A DNA stretch of 63,395 bases, the filler included, from a bacterium (GTDB lineage Bacteria > JAJRZV01): NCBI GenBank assembly GCA_024275095.1. It is 5 parts of 5 records of this genome, joined end to end, with 100 filler letters (N's around TTAATTAATTAA, not from the genome) between each part and the next. Parts side by side here need not be neighbours in the genome. Positions count along the whole stretch, not along the records: positions 28,722 to 52,201 come from JAJRZV010000080.1; 4 more parts are not named here. The stretch is one strand, 5' to 3'. The translations under genes and the position numbers were made by a program. The notes below the pieces were generated by a model. The model was given only the letters and a program-made list of their open reading frames with translations. It did not search any database and was not told where the DNA came from. Shown here in pieces: positions 32,176 to 42,706 of the stretch. Each line of letters opens with the position of its first letter. Positions within the stretch are counted from its first letter, which is position 1.

Positions 32176-33174
32176 TTAGATCACCACATCTGCTTTTCTG
32201 TTGCAGGATGCACATCTTCCGTCAGTGGTAATGCCCGTAATGCGCACGGAATATCCCACGCGGTGAACAAGGATGTTTTTGCATTGGGGACACAGGGTAT
32301 CTTCTGTGCCGTCAATGAAGATGTTGCCCAGATACACGTAATGGAGAAACTCCCTCGCCGCCTCGTATCCCCGCAGCAGCCGTTCCGGCGGCGTGGGAGG
32401 ATGGGTGTAAAGGCGCTGCGGGAAATACCGGCTGATGTGCAGCGGGATTTTGTCGGAGATGGAAGAGAGGAGGCGGGCGAGGGTTCTTGTTTCTTCTTCG
32501 GAATCCGTTTCATCGGTGACCATGAGATGTGTTGCTTCTACCAGCACCTCGTGATTCATCGCGATTTCAATTGTCCTGAGAACGGGCTTCAAACCGCCGT
32601 CACACACCCTTTTCAGGTATTCTTCGTGTGCTGATTTCACATCCACATTCATGGCGTCGACAAACGGAACCAATTCTTTGAAGGGTTTGGGATTGATGAA
32701 TCCATTGGTCACCAGTGTGACATCGAATCCTTTTTCCTTGATGGATGGCGCCGTGTCCATGATGTACTCGAACCATATAAGCGGTTCGTTGTAGGTATAT
32801 GAAATTCCAATGGTGCCGGAGTTTTCCACCAGTTGCACAAGTTTTTCAGGAGGCAGGTCCTCAAGAGGAACCGTCCCTTCTACAAGATGCCAGTTCTGAC
32901 AAAACGGGCAGTTAAAGTTACAACCGATACCTCCTATTGAAAGTATTTGAGAGCCGGGTTTGAAATGATACAGGGGTTTTTTTTCGATGGGATCCGCAGC
33001 GACGGCCGCCACCTTGCCGTAAGTGAACGCATAGAGAACGCCGCCTCTGTTACCCCGTACCCGGCATTTACCGGTTTCCCCCTCAGAAAGTTCGCACCCG
33101 TGGGGGCAGAGGGTGCACCGTACTTTATGGTTTTCCAGAGAAACTTGAAAAGCGGCTTTTTTTAATGCTTTCAT
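32176..33174 (-). CDS. amrS: AmmeMemoRadiSam system radical SAM enzyme
   Basis: CTLCPHGC...CRVR, DPIEKKPLYHF, CNFNCPFCQN and YTYNEP. Confidence 0.9.
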   Translation of the reverse strand: MKALKKAAFQVSLENHKVRCTLCPHGCELSEGETGKCRVRGNRGGVLYAFTYGKVAAVAADPIEKKPLYHFKPGSQILSIGGIGCNFNCPFCQNWHLVEGTVPLEDLPPEKLVQLVENSGTIGISYTYNEPLIWFEYIMDTAPSIKEKGFDVTLVTNGFINPKPFKELVPFVDAMNVDVKSAHEEYLKRVCDGGLKPVLRTIEIAMNHEVLVEATHLMVTDETDSEEETRTLARLLSSISDKIPLHISRYFPQRLYTHPPTPPERLLRGYEAAREFLHYVYLGNIFIDGTEDTLCPQCKNILVHRVGYSVRITGITTDGRCASCNRKADVVI

Positions 33175-33181
33175 CAATTAA

Positions 33182-33210
33182 AGGGTACTCTTTCTTGTGA
33201 AAGAGGGCAA
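33182..33210 (-). promoter_or_regulatory. putative sigma70 promoter for amrS with a palindromic spacer
   Basis: TTGCCC-N17-TACCCT; CTCTTTC-N4-GAAAGAG at 33188-33205 fills the spacer. Confidence 0.45.
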
Positions 33211-33365
33211 CCCGGAGGTTTTGCTGGTCGATTTCAAAAGTCGTATGAAGAGTAAAGGTGTATTCCTCGTATATTTTCATGGTATCGAGCATACTCATAT
33301 TATTTTATACCCTTCCCTGTGAAGTCAAAACCGCCGGATATTTCGGATCTGAGAGAGGCGTGAAA

Positions 33366-34472
33366 CTATTTTCTATCGTAAAAGCGGTCCTTGACTTCTT
33401 TCAGGCGTTCGACAATTCCACCGTATTCCAGGTCGTGATATGGGAGCATTGCAGGCCCTGAAAAACCCTGACGGCGGATTTCAAAAGCTTTCCAGGAGAT
33501 AATATTCCTCATCCACTCCCAGAAGGGGTGATCGAACACATCCGCTGGTTCTGTAAGTTTTCCTTCTTTTACACAGAATGCCGCGCCTGAGACAATGGGC
33601 GGACCGTCAAAGAAAGAGGTGGGAGTGTTGAGCTTGACGGGCATGAGGGGACCGTTGTGGCTTCCACGCATGAAGCCTGCCACATAGTGACCGATGGAGA
33701 ATGCGGAGAGCATTTCTCCTGTTGCAGGGAATTCTTTTTGCACGCGCACGATCATGATGGGGTCGTCCTTGCCCACGTATTTGCCGGCAATATTGCGCAA
33801 CCGCGTGGTGCTGGCGGCAACAGCCTGTTCGCCACTTTTGCGGGAAGTGATTTTTGCCACCACGTATCGGCCGTTATCGCGCAGAAGAGCCGCGAGGTTG
33901 TAAAGGTCTTCCGGCACGTGAAGCTCGATCACACGGTCGCATTCAACATGTTCTACATCCATTACCGTGAAGGTGAATCCTTTTGCCATGTGGGGGGAGA
34001 GTATCAATCCGGAATTGTACATGGGATCTGCAAACGCGAGATAAAGTGGAAGGTTGAAAGCTCCGGGTTCGGTTTTGTCTGCAGCAAACACGACGAAAGC
34101 TTCGTTGGGCCTTTCTTCAATTTCCATCTCTGCAATACCAGGCCCTAATCCCCGGACGTTTCCAGAAAAAGCGTCTTTAAGGAGGTCCTGTCCTGCACCG
34201 TAAAGTCCCTGTTGCTTTGCAACCTCCGCACCTGCCATAAAGGCGTTCCAGGAAAGCTCATGGACTTCTTCGTTGCCCACTCCATTTTCGTGAGTGAAGA
34301 GCAAAGCGATGTCATCCCCTGTGTAACCGATGTAAAAGTCGATGATCAATCCCTTTTTCAAACCTTCTTCCCGGACAAAGTTTTCCACTGTTTCAAGAAT
34401 TTTCTTTGAGGGTTTGATATGTCCGCCGATGCTCCCAATGTCCGCCTTGATGGCGCTGAGGGTTACTTTCAT
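33366..34472 (-). CDS. fbp: bifunctional fructose-1,6-bisphosphate aldolase/phosphatase (class V FBPase)
   Basis: IKADIGSIGGH, GDDI, YGAGQDLL, DKTEPGAFN, YVGKDDP and MRGSH. Confidence 0.95.
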   Translation of the reverse strand: MKVTLSAIKADIGSIGGHIKPSKKILETVENFVREEGLKKGLIIDFYIGYTGDDIALLFTHENGVGNEEVHELSWNAFMAGAEVAKQQGLYGAGQDLLKDAFSGNVRGLGPGIAEMEIEERPNEAFVVFAADKTEPGAFNLPLYLAFADPMYNSGLILSPHMAKGFTFTVMDVEHVECDRVIELHVPEDLYNLAALLRDNGRYVVAKITSRKSGEQAVAASTTRLRNIAGKYVGKDDPIMIVRVQKEFPATGEMLSAFSIGHYVAGFMRGSHNGPLMPVKLNTPTSFFDGPPIVSGAAFCVKEGKLTEPADVFDHPFWEWMRNIISWKAFEIRRQGFSGPAMLPYHDLEYGGIVERLKEVKDRFYDRK

Positions 34473-35659
34473 TCCTTCACCTCCTCCTCATCTATCTGGA
34501 GTTTTGTGATTTGTTGGAGAACGTAGGCTCTGATTTTATCAGGTGAGGGGACACTGTCAACAATTTTGCCGTTTTTAATGAAAGGAATAACGATTTTTTT
34601 CATAACCCCTCCACAGGTACAGGATGAATCCGGGGAAGAGTTTGCCAGTATCACTTTGCCTGATAAACACTGTGGGCACCGGAGCACCTCTTTTCTCCCG
34701 GATTTTTTGCCTTTTTTCGCAAGGGGCCTACCCTCGATTTCCACAATATCCATAGAGAAATCCACCACCGGGGAATTTGAAAGGTATGTTCCCACTCCAA
34801 ATGCATCTACCACATCCACCAGTTCTTTCACGGATTTTTCATCAAGTCCTCCGCTAAGGACAATTTTCACGCTGGAATATCCCCTCAACATCAGCTCCCA
34901 GCGCACCTCTTCGATAATGGCCCGGATGTTTCCCCGGCGGGAGGAAGGGGTGTCCAGTCGAATGCCAAACAGTCGCTCTCCAAATGCCTCTGCCACGCGT
35001 AATGCTTCGAATTTTTCGTCATTGAAAGTGTCAATGAGAGGAATACGGGGAGCGTCCTTTTCCACCACCTCGTCGAAAAGTCGAAATGCCTTAACCGTAT
35101 CGCCCACCACTAAAATAAGGGCATGAGGGATGGTTCCTACAGGACTGGTTCCAAGAAGTTCTGCACTTTTTACAGCGGCAACACCATCGCACCCGCCAAT
35201 GTAGCAGGCACGTTCAATCATGGGTGCGATGGCCGGGTGCATGCGTCGTGCGCCGAAGCTGAAGACCAGCTTTTCTCCTGCCGCAAGCCTTATGCGTGCT
35301 GCTGCAGTGGCAATGCCGGTGGCCTGGCAGAGAAACCCCAGGATAGAGGTTTCATAGACAGCAAAATCGTCGTAGTATCCTTCTACCTCAAGAACAGGTT
35401 CTCCAGGATAAAAGACAGAACCCTCCGGGAGCCCCCGGACTGTTACCGGTACGCCTTCTAATAAATGAACGATCTCCTCCACGCCCGCGAGCACACCCCA
35501 GGGATAGTTCCTGGGAAGGCTTTTTGCCGCGACCTCCATGACCACGCGGCGGCGTATGCCTTTTTGTTTGAGTACCTGAAGGGTTCGCTGAAAGTAAACG
35601 TCAGTAACTTTTCCCTGAAGGATTTCCTCGTCGCTGGCCGTGTGGAAGCGATTGCTCAT
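34469..35659 (-). CDS. pncB: nicotinate phosphoribosyltransferase
   Basis: TDVYF, SFGARRMHP, GTIPH, RLDTPSSRRG, SGGL and a C-terminal CxxC/CxC Zn ribbon. Confidence 0.9.
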   Translation of the reverse strand: MSNRFHTASDEEILQGKVTDVYFQRTLQVLKQKGIRRRVVMEVAAKSLPRNYPWGVLAGVEEIVHLLEGVPVTVRGLPEGSVFYPGEPVLEVEGYYDDFAVYETSILGFLCQATGIATAAARIRLAAGEKLVFSFGARRMHPAIAPMIERACYIGGCDGVAAVKSAELLGTSPVGTIPHALILVVGDTVKAFRLFDEVVEKDAPRIPLIDTFNDEKFEALRVAEAFGERLFGIRLDTPSSRRGNIRAIIEEVRWELMLRGYSSVKIVLSGGLDEKSVKELVDVVDAFGVGTYLSNSPVVDFSMDIVEIEGRPLAKKGKKSGRKEVLRCPQCLSGKVILANSSPDSSCTCGGVMKKIVIPFIKNGKIVDSVPSPDKIRAYVLQQITKLQIDEEEVKE

Positions 35660-35697
35660 AACTGGAGGCCTATTTTACGCCAGAGACCCGGAGACCA

Positions 35698-37266
35698 TCA
35701 ATAACGTTCCCTCAAGGAAAGAAGTCCGAAGGAGTGGGGAGGCAATTTGAGTATTATCGTGCATTCTCCACCTGCCCGGAAGCGCTTTTCTTCAAGCGTG
35801 CGGCTGTAAGGTCCTGTGGATGTATAGATTCTCACTTCGCCCTCGCGGGGCAGGCAATCATCAAATGCGAGAGAAAGCACAGCCTCACTTCGAATGTTAC
35901 GATTGAGGAACATCACCTGAATGTTGCCATTGTTTTCTCTTACCGGGACAGCATCCACCATGGGCACATTGTGGAGAGGCGGAATGTCTCCCAGTGCATC
36001 AGCATCGAATGCAGGTCCTGTAATTTCGTGTTCGAACATGACGGTATTTCTGATTGTTGATGCAAGCAAAAAAGCATAATAGGGAGGCGTGACAAAAGCT
36101 ACTGGTCCGTCGGTATAAATAAGCCCCAGGGTGTTGACCATCTGCGCATAATTCGCCATTGAAAGCATTCCCTGTGCTGAAAGACGGATCATTTCAATAA
36201 GCACCCCCGCAGTGAACAGGGCTTCTCTCATGGTAAATTCTCTGCCCAGCTCAACGTCGTTGGCACGCCATCCCACGTTCCACTCGTCAAAAGCGATGGT
36301 TGTACCGGAGTCCTCTCCCAGCACATAAACGATATCTTCGTAGGCATTTTTTACCATCTGAGAAACGTAAACCGGTGAACCGACAACGCTGTAGTAAGTG
36401 CTTTCCTTCGGAGCGATGAAAGCCGTATTGCCCCCCGGCAGATACACATGGATGGTTAGATAGTCTACATCTTCGCCAGCGATTTCCAGGAATGCTCTGT
36501 TCCATGCAGCGTCGTATCCTGCAGCTGTGAAGCGTATATCAGGTGAGACAGCTTTCATGGCGCGCGTGAATTCGAGGTACCTTTTTGCATAAGAGACAGC
36601 GTCTGTGTGTCCCAGGGCCCACCAGCCCCATATTTCATTGCCCACTCCCCAAATGGTTACATTGTATGGTTCCCTGTGTCCGTAAGAAGCACGTTTTGCC
36701 CCCCAGTACGTGTCTGTGGAGCCGTTAACATACTCGACCCATTCGGCTGCTTCTTCTGTGGTGCCGGTGGAGTAGTTGACCTGAATATAGGCTTCGCCGC
36801 CCACGTAGTTTAGAAACTGGAAGAACTCGTCTGTTCCGAAATGGTTTGTATCAGGAGGTGCAAATCGTGAGCCCATAAATGCCCAGTAGGGATTTTCTAT
36901 GACCGGTCGAAGTTCGCGGGGGCCGATTCCGTTCTGCCAGTGATAGGCGTCGGCATACAGCCCTCCGGGAAATCTGATAACAGGGGGAGACAAGGCCTTT
37001 GCAAAATTCAGCACGTCCATTCTTAAACCTGCTCCCAGCCTTTCCACCGGAGTCTCTTCGTCCCATATTCCCCCGTAGAAGCAACGTCCCAGATTTTCAA
37101 TAAAGTGCCCGAATATTTTGTCATCCACAGGACCTACAATGCTGTTTGTGTGTACATTGAGGCGGGCGGATATGGCCTGTGGTGCACTTTCCCCACACGA
37201 AGCGATTCCCACACTTATCACCACAGGCAGAACAACTCTTAGAAGAGATAACCCTTTTTTCTTCAT
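35698..37266 (-). CDS. GH51 alpha-L-arabinofuranosidase-family lipoprotein
   Basis: Lipobox IASC, GHFIE.LGRC.YGG, RFPGG, GNE (acid/base) and DEWN (nucleophile). Confidence 0.88.
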   Translation of the reverse strand: MKKKGLSLLRVVLPVVISVGIASCGESAPQAISARLNVHTNSIVGPVDDKIFGHFIENLGRCFYGGIWDEETPVERLGAGLRMDVLNFAKALSPPVIRFPGGLYADAYHWQNGIGPRELRPVIENPYWAFMGSRFAPPDTNHFGTDEFFQFLNYVGGEAYIQVNYSTGTTEEAAEWVEYVNGSTDTYWGAKRASYGHREPYNVTIWGVGNEIWGWWALGHTDAVSYAKRYLEFTRAMKAVSPDIRFTAAGYDAAWNRAFLEIAGEDVDYLTIHVYLPGGNTAFIAPKESTYYSVVGSPVYVSQMVKNAYEDIVYVLGEDSGTTIAFDEWNVGWRANDVELGREFTMREALFTAGVLIEMIRLSAQGMLSMANYAQMVNTLGLIYTDGPVAFVTPPYYAFLLASTIRNTVMFEHEITGPAFDADALGDIPPLHNVPMVDAVPVRENNGNIQVMFLNRNIRSEAVLSLAFDDCLPREGEVRIYTSTGPYSRTLEEKRFRAGGECTIILKLPPHSFGLLSLRERY

Positions 37267-37594
37267 TTTCGGGTAATTGTACACGGGTAAAAGCACAGAT
37301 GACAGGATAAACGAAAAAGAGAGTATATAGAGTATATAAAGGGGCTAAAACCTCCCTCACCAATCCCATTTTGGCACCACGTGTATCTGAACAAATCTTT
37401 CCAGGAAGTGAGATGGTAAAAACATAATCGTTTTTGGTTAAAAGTAATAGAAACAACCAATCTATCGGAAGGTCTGAAGAAAGTGAATGTTGTAGAGTTG
37501 TGTTCACATTTTCGTGGCTTTTAGGTGTGTTCTTATGTGCTTATCCTGTCCCGAAACAATCACCTCTGTTTACCAGTGCCGGAAGTTGTGGTAA

Positions 37595-38914
<1,320 letters not shown>

Positions 38915-38917
38915 AAG

Positions 38918-39571
38918 ATGTACGTGATTCTGGGAATAGGAAATTTCGGATATTACGTGGCCAAAACCCTTTACGAAGCCGGCGAAGAGGTCCTTGCTGT
39001 AGACCAGAGCAGAGAGCGCGTTCAGAATGCCGATAAGATATGCACCAAGGCGGTGGTTGCCGACGTGACTGACCGCGATACCCTGAAAAGCCTGGATGTT
39101 GATGAGGCCAGGGCTGTCATTATCGCTCTTGGTGATGATATGGCGGCCAGCATTCTTGCAACGCTTCACCTGAAAGACCTGGGTGCTCGCCGGATTATAG
39201 TAAAAGCCATTTCCGAAGAACACGCGCGCATTCTCGCCATGATCGGGGCTCATGAAGTGATTTTTCCCGAGCGGGATATGGCTCTTAAAGTGGCCAGGCA
39301 AATTATTTCTCCCAACATGCTGGATTCTCTCTACCTCAGCGAACAGTACAGCATGTGGGAAATTGCTCCACCCTCTGGCTGGATCGGTAAGACGCTCAGT
39401 CAGATTAAGGTTCGGAATGAATATAACATTCAGGTTGTGGCTATTAAAGATGCTCTGGAAGACGCCATGCACATACCCCCTCCCAGTGATTACGTAATCA
39501 AAGACAGCGACATACTTATTGTTATAGGGCGCAACAGAGACCTGGAAAAGCTGAAAAGACTCGAGGGCTGA
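38918..39571 (+). CDS. TrkA/KtrA potassium-uptake RCK subunit
   Basis: GIGNFG, RCK_N and RCK_C domains, FPERDMA. Confidence 0.9.
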   Translation: MYVILGIGNFGYYVAKTLYEAGEEVLAVDQSRERVQNADKICTKAVVADVTDRDTLKSLDVDEARAVIIALGDDMAASILATLHLKDLGARRIIVKAISEEHARILAMIGAHEVIFPERDMALKVARQIISPNMLDSLYLSEQYSMWEIAPPSGWIGKTLSQIKVRNEYNIQVVAIKDALEDAMHIPPPSDYVIKDSDILIVIGRNRDLEKLKRLEG

Positions 39572-39593
39572 GGCCCTAAAAAATGGATAAACA

Positions 39594-41651
39594 GTGGGTG
39601 AACATTTACTGGAAAAAGCTGTGGATTTTGTCAGGGAGTACTTCCCGAGGGGGACCCCCTCTCCCACCCGTACTGAGCTGACACGTATTGCTCAGGACTC
39701 AATAGGAAAAGCAGTACTTAAAGATGTATTGAAAGTTCTTCTGCGCGTGGGGTACCTCAAACGCAAAGGACGGCGGTACATTGCCAGCCCAAAATACATT
39801 ATTACTGTTGCCCGGATTGTGAAAAATGGCGGAAGCCCGGTGGTGGTGTGTGAACAGGACAGGGAGCTTGTCCTTGAATATTCGGAAAACGTGTTTTTTC
39901 AAGCCGGAGACAGAATCGCCGTAATGGTGAGAGCCTCGAGTCGACGCAGACAGCGTGCAGTGTACCTGTGGCATGTGGAGCGGAGAAACGCAGAGGTTGT
40001 TGGTTCTGTTCGGCAACAACGCAAGGGTTTTGTTTTGAAAGTATCCGGGGGCAAGATTGTTTTTCCTGTTGCAAAAGGATTACCCGGATTCAAAGCGGGT
40101 TTTATCGTACGTGCTGTGCTTCACGACCGGCCTGGACGGACGTGGGCCGAGGTAAAAAAAGTAATTGGTAAAGAGGGAGACGCCGAGGCTGAGGTTCGAG
40201 CCGTTCTTGTAAAGAATGGCATGCCTGCTGAGCATACGCAGGAAGCGGAGGAGGAAGCTCTCAGAGTGGCCCGTCGTCCTGTTCGCATTCTTCGTGAGGA
40301 TTTACGAGACATTCCTTTTATTACACTGGATGTGGACGATGCCAAAGACCATGATGATGCTGTTGCACTTGTGAAGACAGGTGGGGGCTACGTTCTCTAT
40401 GTGGCTATCGCTGATGTAAGTTCCTGGATAAGACCGGGTTCCTTGCTGGATGAGGAAGCATTCAGAAGAGGATTTACCATTTATTATCCTGGAGGATTCT
40501 TCCCGCTGTTTCCGCGAAAACTTACAGATGAAGTATTTTCATTAATTCCCGGTAGGGATCGACGTGCCCTTGTGGTGGAGATGGGACTGACTCAGGACGG
40601 ACGCCTTCGTTATTACAGCATCTGTCCGGCAACCATTCGTTCCCGGGTACGCCTTTTTTACGGAGAGGTCAGCCAGTTTCTCGCAGGCCTGGGATCTGTG
40701 CCCTCCCAGGTGGAAGAAATGATTTTTGAGATGTCCAGGCTTGCGCAGAAACTGCGCCAGAAAAGAAGGGAACGCGGAAGTCTGGATTTCGACCTTCCCG
40801 AACAGTTTTTTGTGTTTGAAGGGCGGAGACTTCACGGAATTCAAAAACGCATGGCAGAAGAGGCCAGCCATATTGTAGAAGAGTTTATGCTTCTTGCAAA
40901 TGAGGTTGTGGCGCGCAGGATCGCAGAGGAAAATGTATCCAGCATTTATCGTGTTCATCCTCCACCTGATCCTGCGGACATCAGGGAACTGGAAACTGTG
41001 CTTGCACAGTATGGAATCCGGTGGAAAAGACCTCTGGATAGACACCAGCTCGCCGCTGTCGTGGATTTTGTAAAGGGGACACCTCAGGAGCAGGTGCTCA
41101 TTATGAGCGTGCTGCGCGCGTTGAAACTGGCAGTTTATAGTGCTGTCCCGGCGGAACACTTTGGTCTCGCACTTCAATACTACACTCATTTCACCTCGCC
41201 TATCCGGCGTTATCCCGATGTGGTGGTTCACCGCGTGCTCAAGCGCGTCCTGGACGTGGATGATGTTTCACCTCTAGCAGAGGGCGTCGGAATGGAAGAG
41301 GCGGCGGAGAGGTGTTCTCTGCTCGAAAGGCGTGTGGAGGAAGTGGAAAGAGAGCTGAACCGTTTTTTCTCAGCCGTTTTTATGAAGGACCGCGTGGGGG
41401 AGAGGTTTAAAGGGATTGTCTCCGGAGTGATCGAGTCTGGTGTGTTTGTGGAGCTGGAGGATCCTTTTGTAGAAGGATTTGCACCACGAAGGTTTATCAG
41501 AGGAGGTCCTTTCAGGTATGACCGGAAGAGAGGTGTATTGAAGGATCGACACGGAAAAACTATTGCTCCGGGAATGCCTGTTGAGGTAGAAGTGATAAGG
41601 GTCAACCCGATCAAGCGATACATAGATTTTAAACTTGTAGAGTTCAGGTGA
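39594..41651 (+). CDS. rnr: ribonuclease R / RNase II family exoribonuclease
   Basis: TLD..DAKDHDDA, VAIADV, EEFMLLANE, HFTSPIRRYPD and a C-terminal S1 domain. Confidence 0.85.
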   Translation: MGEHLLEKAVDFVREYFPRGTPSPTRTELTRIAQDSIGKAVLKDVLKVLLRVGYLKRKGRRYIASPKYIITVARIVKNGGSPVVVCEQDRELVLEYSENVFFQAGDRIAVMVRASSRRRQRAVYLWHVERRNAEVVGSVRQQRKGFVLKVSGGKIVFPVAKGLPGFKAGFIVRAVLHDRPGRTWAEVKKVIGKEGDAEAEVRAVLVKNGMPAEHTQEAEEEALRVARRPVRILREDLRDIPFITLDVDDAKDHDDAVALVKTGGGYVLYVAIADVSSWIRPGSLLDEEAFRRGFTIYYPGGFFPLFPRKLTDEVFSLIPGRDRRALVVEMGLTQDGRLRYYSICPATIRSRVRLFYGEVSQFLAGLGSVPSQVEEMIFEMSRLAQKLRQKRRERGSLDFDLPEQFFVFEGRRLHGIQKRMAEEASHIVEEFMLLANEVVARRIAEENVSSIYRVHPPPDPADIRELETVLAQYGIRWKRPLDRHQLAAVVDFVKGTPQEQVLIMSVLRALKLAVYSAVPAEHFGLALQYYTHFTSPIRRYPDVVVHRVLKRVLDVDDVSPLAEGVGMEEAAERCSLLERRVEEVERELNRFFSAVFMKDRVGERFKGIVSGVIESGVFVELEDPFVEGFAPRRFIRGGPFRYDRKRGVLKDRHGKTIAPGMPVEVEVIRVNPIKRYIDFKLVEFR

Positions 41652-41655
41652 GGCC

Positions 41656-42702
41656 ATGAATATCCGGGAGAGGCAGGAGGCTCTTGAAAGACAGAGACTC
41701 TCTTCGAAGGCCTGTCTCAGTAGCGAGAGCAGAGGACGCCCCCGGGTCGAGCCCGAGTGCCCTGTGCGCATGGCTTTTCAGCACGACCGCGACCGCATCA
41801 TTCACTCCAAGGCCTTTAGGCGCCTGAAGTACAAGACACAGGTGCTTATCCTTCCGGAAGGTGACCACTATCGCACCCGAATGACCCATACCCTGGAAGT
41901 GATGCAGATCGCCCGGACCATCGCCCGTGCCTTAGGTCTCAATGAAGACCTCACAGAAGCTATTGCCCTGGGCCACGACCTCGGTCACACTCCCTTCGGG
42001 CACGTGGGAGAGGATGTGCTCAACAGAATTTTTCCTGAAGGCTTCAAACACTCGGAACAGTCCCTTCGGGTAGTGGATGTTCTGGAAAAGGATGGCGAGG
42101 GGCTTAATCTCACGCACGAGGTCAGGGATGGCATTCTTCATCATTCCAAAGGCACAGGTCCCATTGTTCCCCTGGAAGGCCGGGGGATACCCCAAACCAT
42201 GGAAGGGATGGTCGTGCGTGTGTCCGATATCATTGCATATCTCAACCATGACCTGGATGATGCCCTCAGGGCCCGAATTATCACCATGGACGATGTTCCC
42301 CCCATTGCACGGGAGCGTATCGGCGAGAAATATTCAGCGCGGGTGAACAATATGGTTGTTGATGTAATAGAAGAAACCGCGAGGCGAGATGAATTTTGCG
42401 TGTATTTTTCAAAATCCATGTTAGAAGCGGTGGAGGTATTGCGGAAGTTTTTGCTGGAAAGGGTGTATCAGGCTCCAGAAGTGAAAAAGGAGGCATTCAG
42501 GTGTTACAATGTGTTGAAGAGCCTTTTTGATTATTACATGGAAAACGATGAGGCGTTTGAAAGAGACTGTCAGGGATTCAGGCAGGGCAGGGACGACAAG
42601 GTGACACGGGTGAAGGATTTTATTGCGGGAATGACCGACCGCTTTGCTCTGAGGAAATACGTTGAGGTGTTCGTGCCTCGACGGTGGGTAACGGTGGATT
42701 GA
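41656..42702 (+). CDS. dgt: dGTP triphosphohydrolase-like HD protein
   Basis: [25 protein letters not shown] and DFIAGMTD. Confidence 0.9.
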   Translation: MNIRERQEALERQRLSSKACLSSESRGRPRVEPECPVRMAFQHDRDRIIHSKAFRRLKYKTQVLILPEGDHYRTRMTHTLEVMQIARTIARALGLNEDLTEAIALGHDLGHTPFGHVGEDVLNRIFPEGFKHSEQSLRVVDVLEKDGEGLNLTHEVRDGILHHSKGTGPIVPLEGRGIPQTMEGMVVRVSDIIAYLNHDLDDALRARIITMDDVPPIARERIGEKYSARVNNMVVDVIEETARRDEFCVYFSKSMLEAVEVLRKFLLERVYQAPEVKKEAFRCYNVLKSLFDYYMENDEAFERDCQGFRQGRDDKVTRVKDFIAGMTDRFALRKYVEVFVPRRWVTVD

Positions 42703-42706
42703 GCCG

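Noticed and set aside
33125-33298. 57-aa minus-strand ORF MSMLDTMKIYEE...
   Set aside because: No RBS, overlaps the amrS promoter and start, and no recognisable domain; at most a remnant.
37372-37387. TGGCAC as a sigma54 promoter
   Set aside because: No TTGC at the -12 position.
41656-42702. dGTPase as an anti-phage defence gene
   Set aside because: Short housekeeping type embedded in the eno-rnr-secA run, with no defence-island context.
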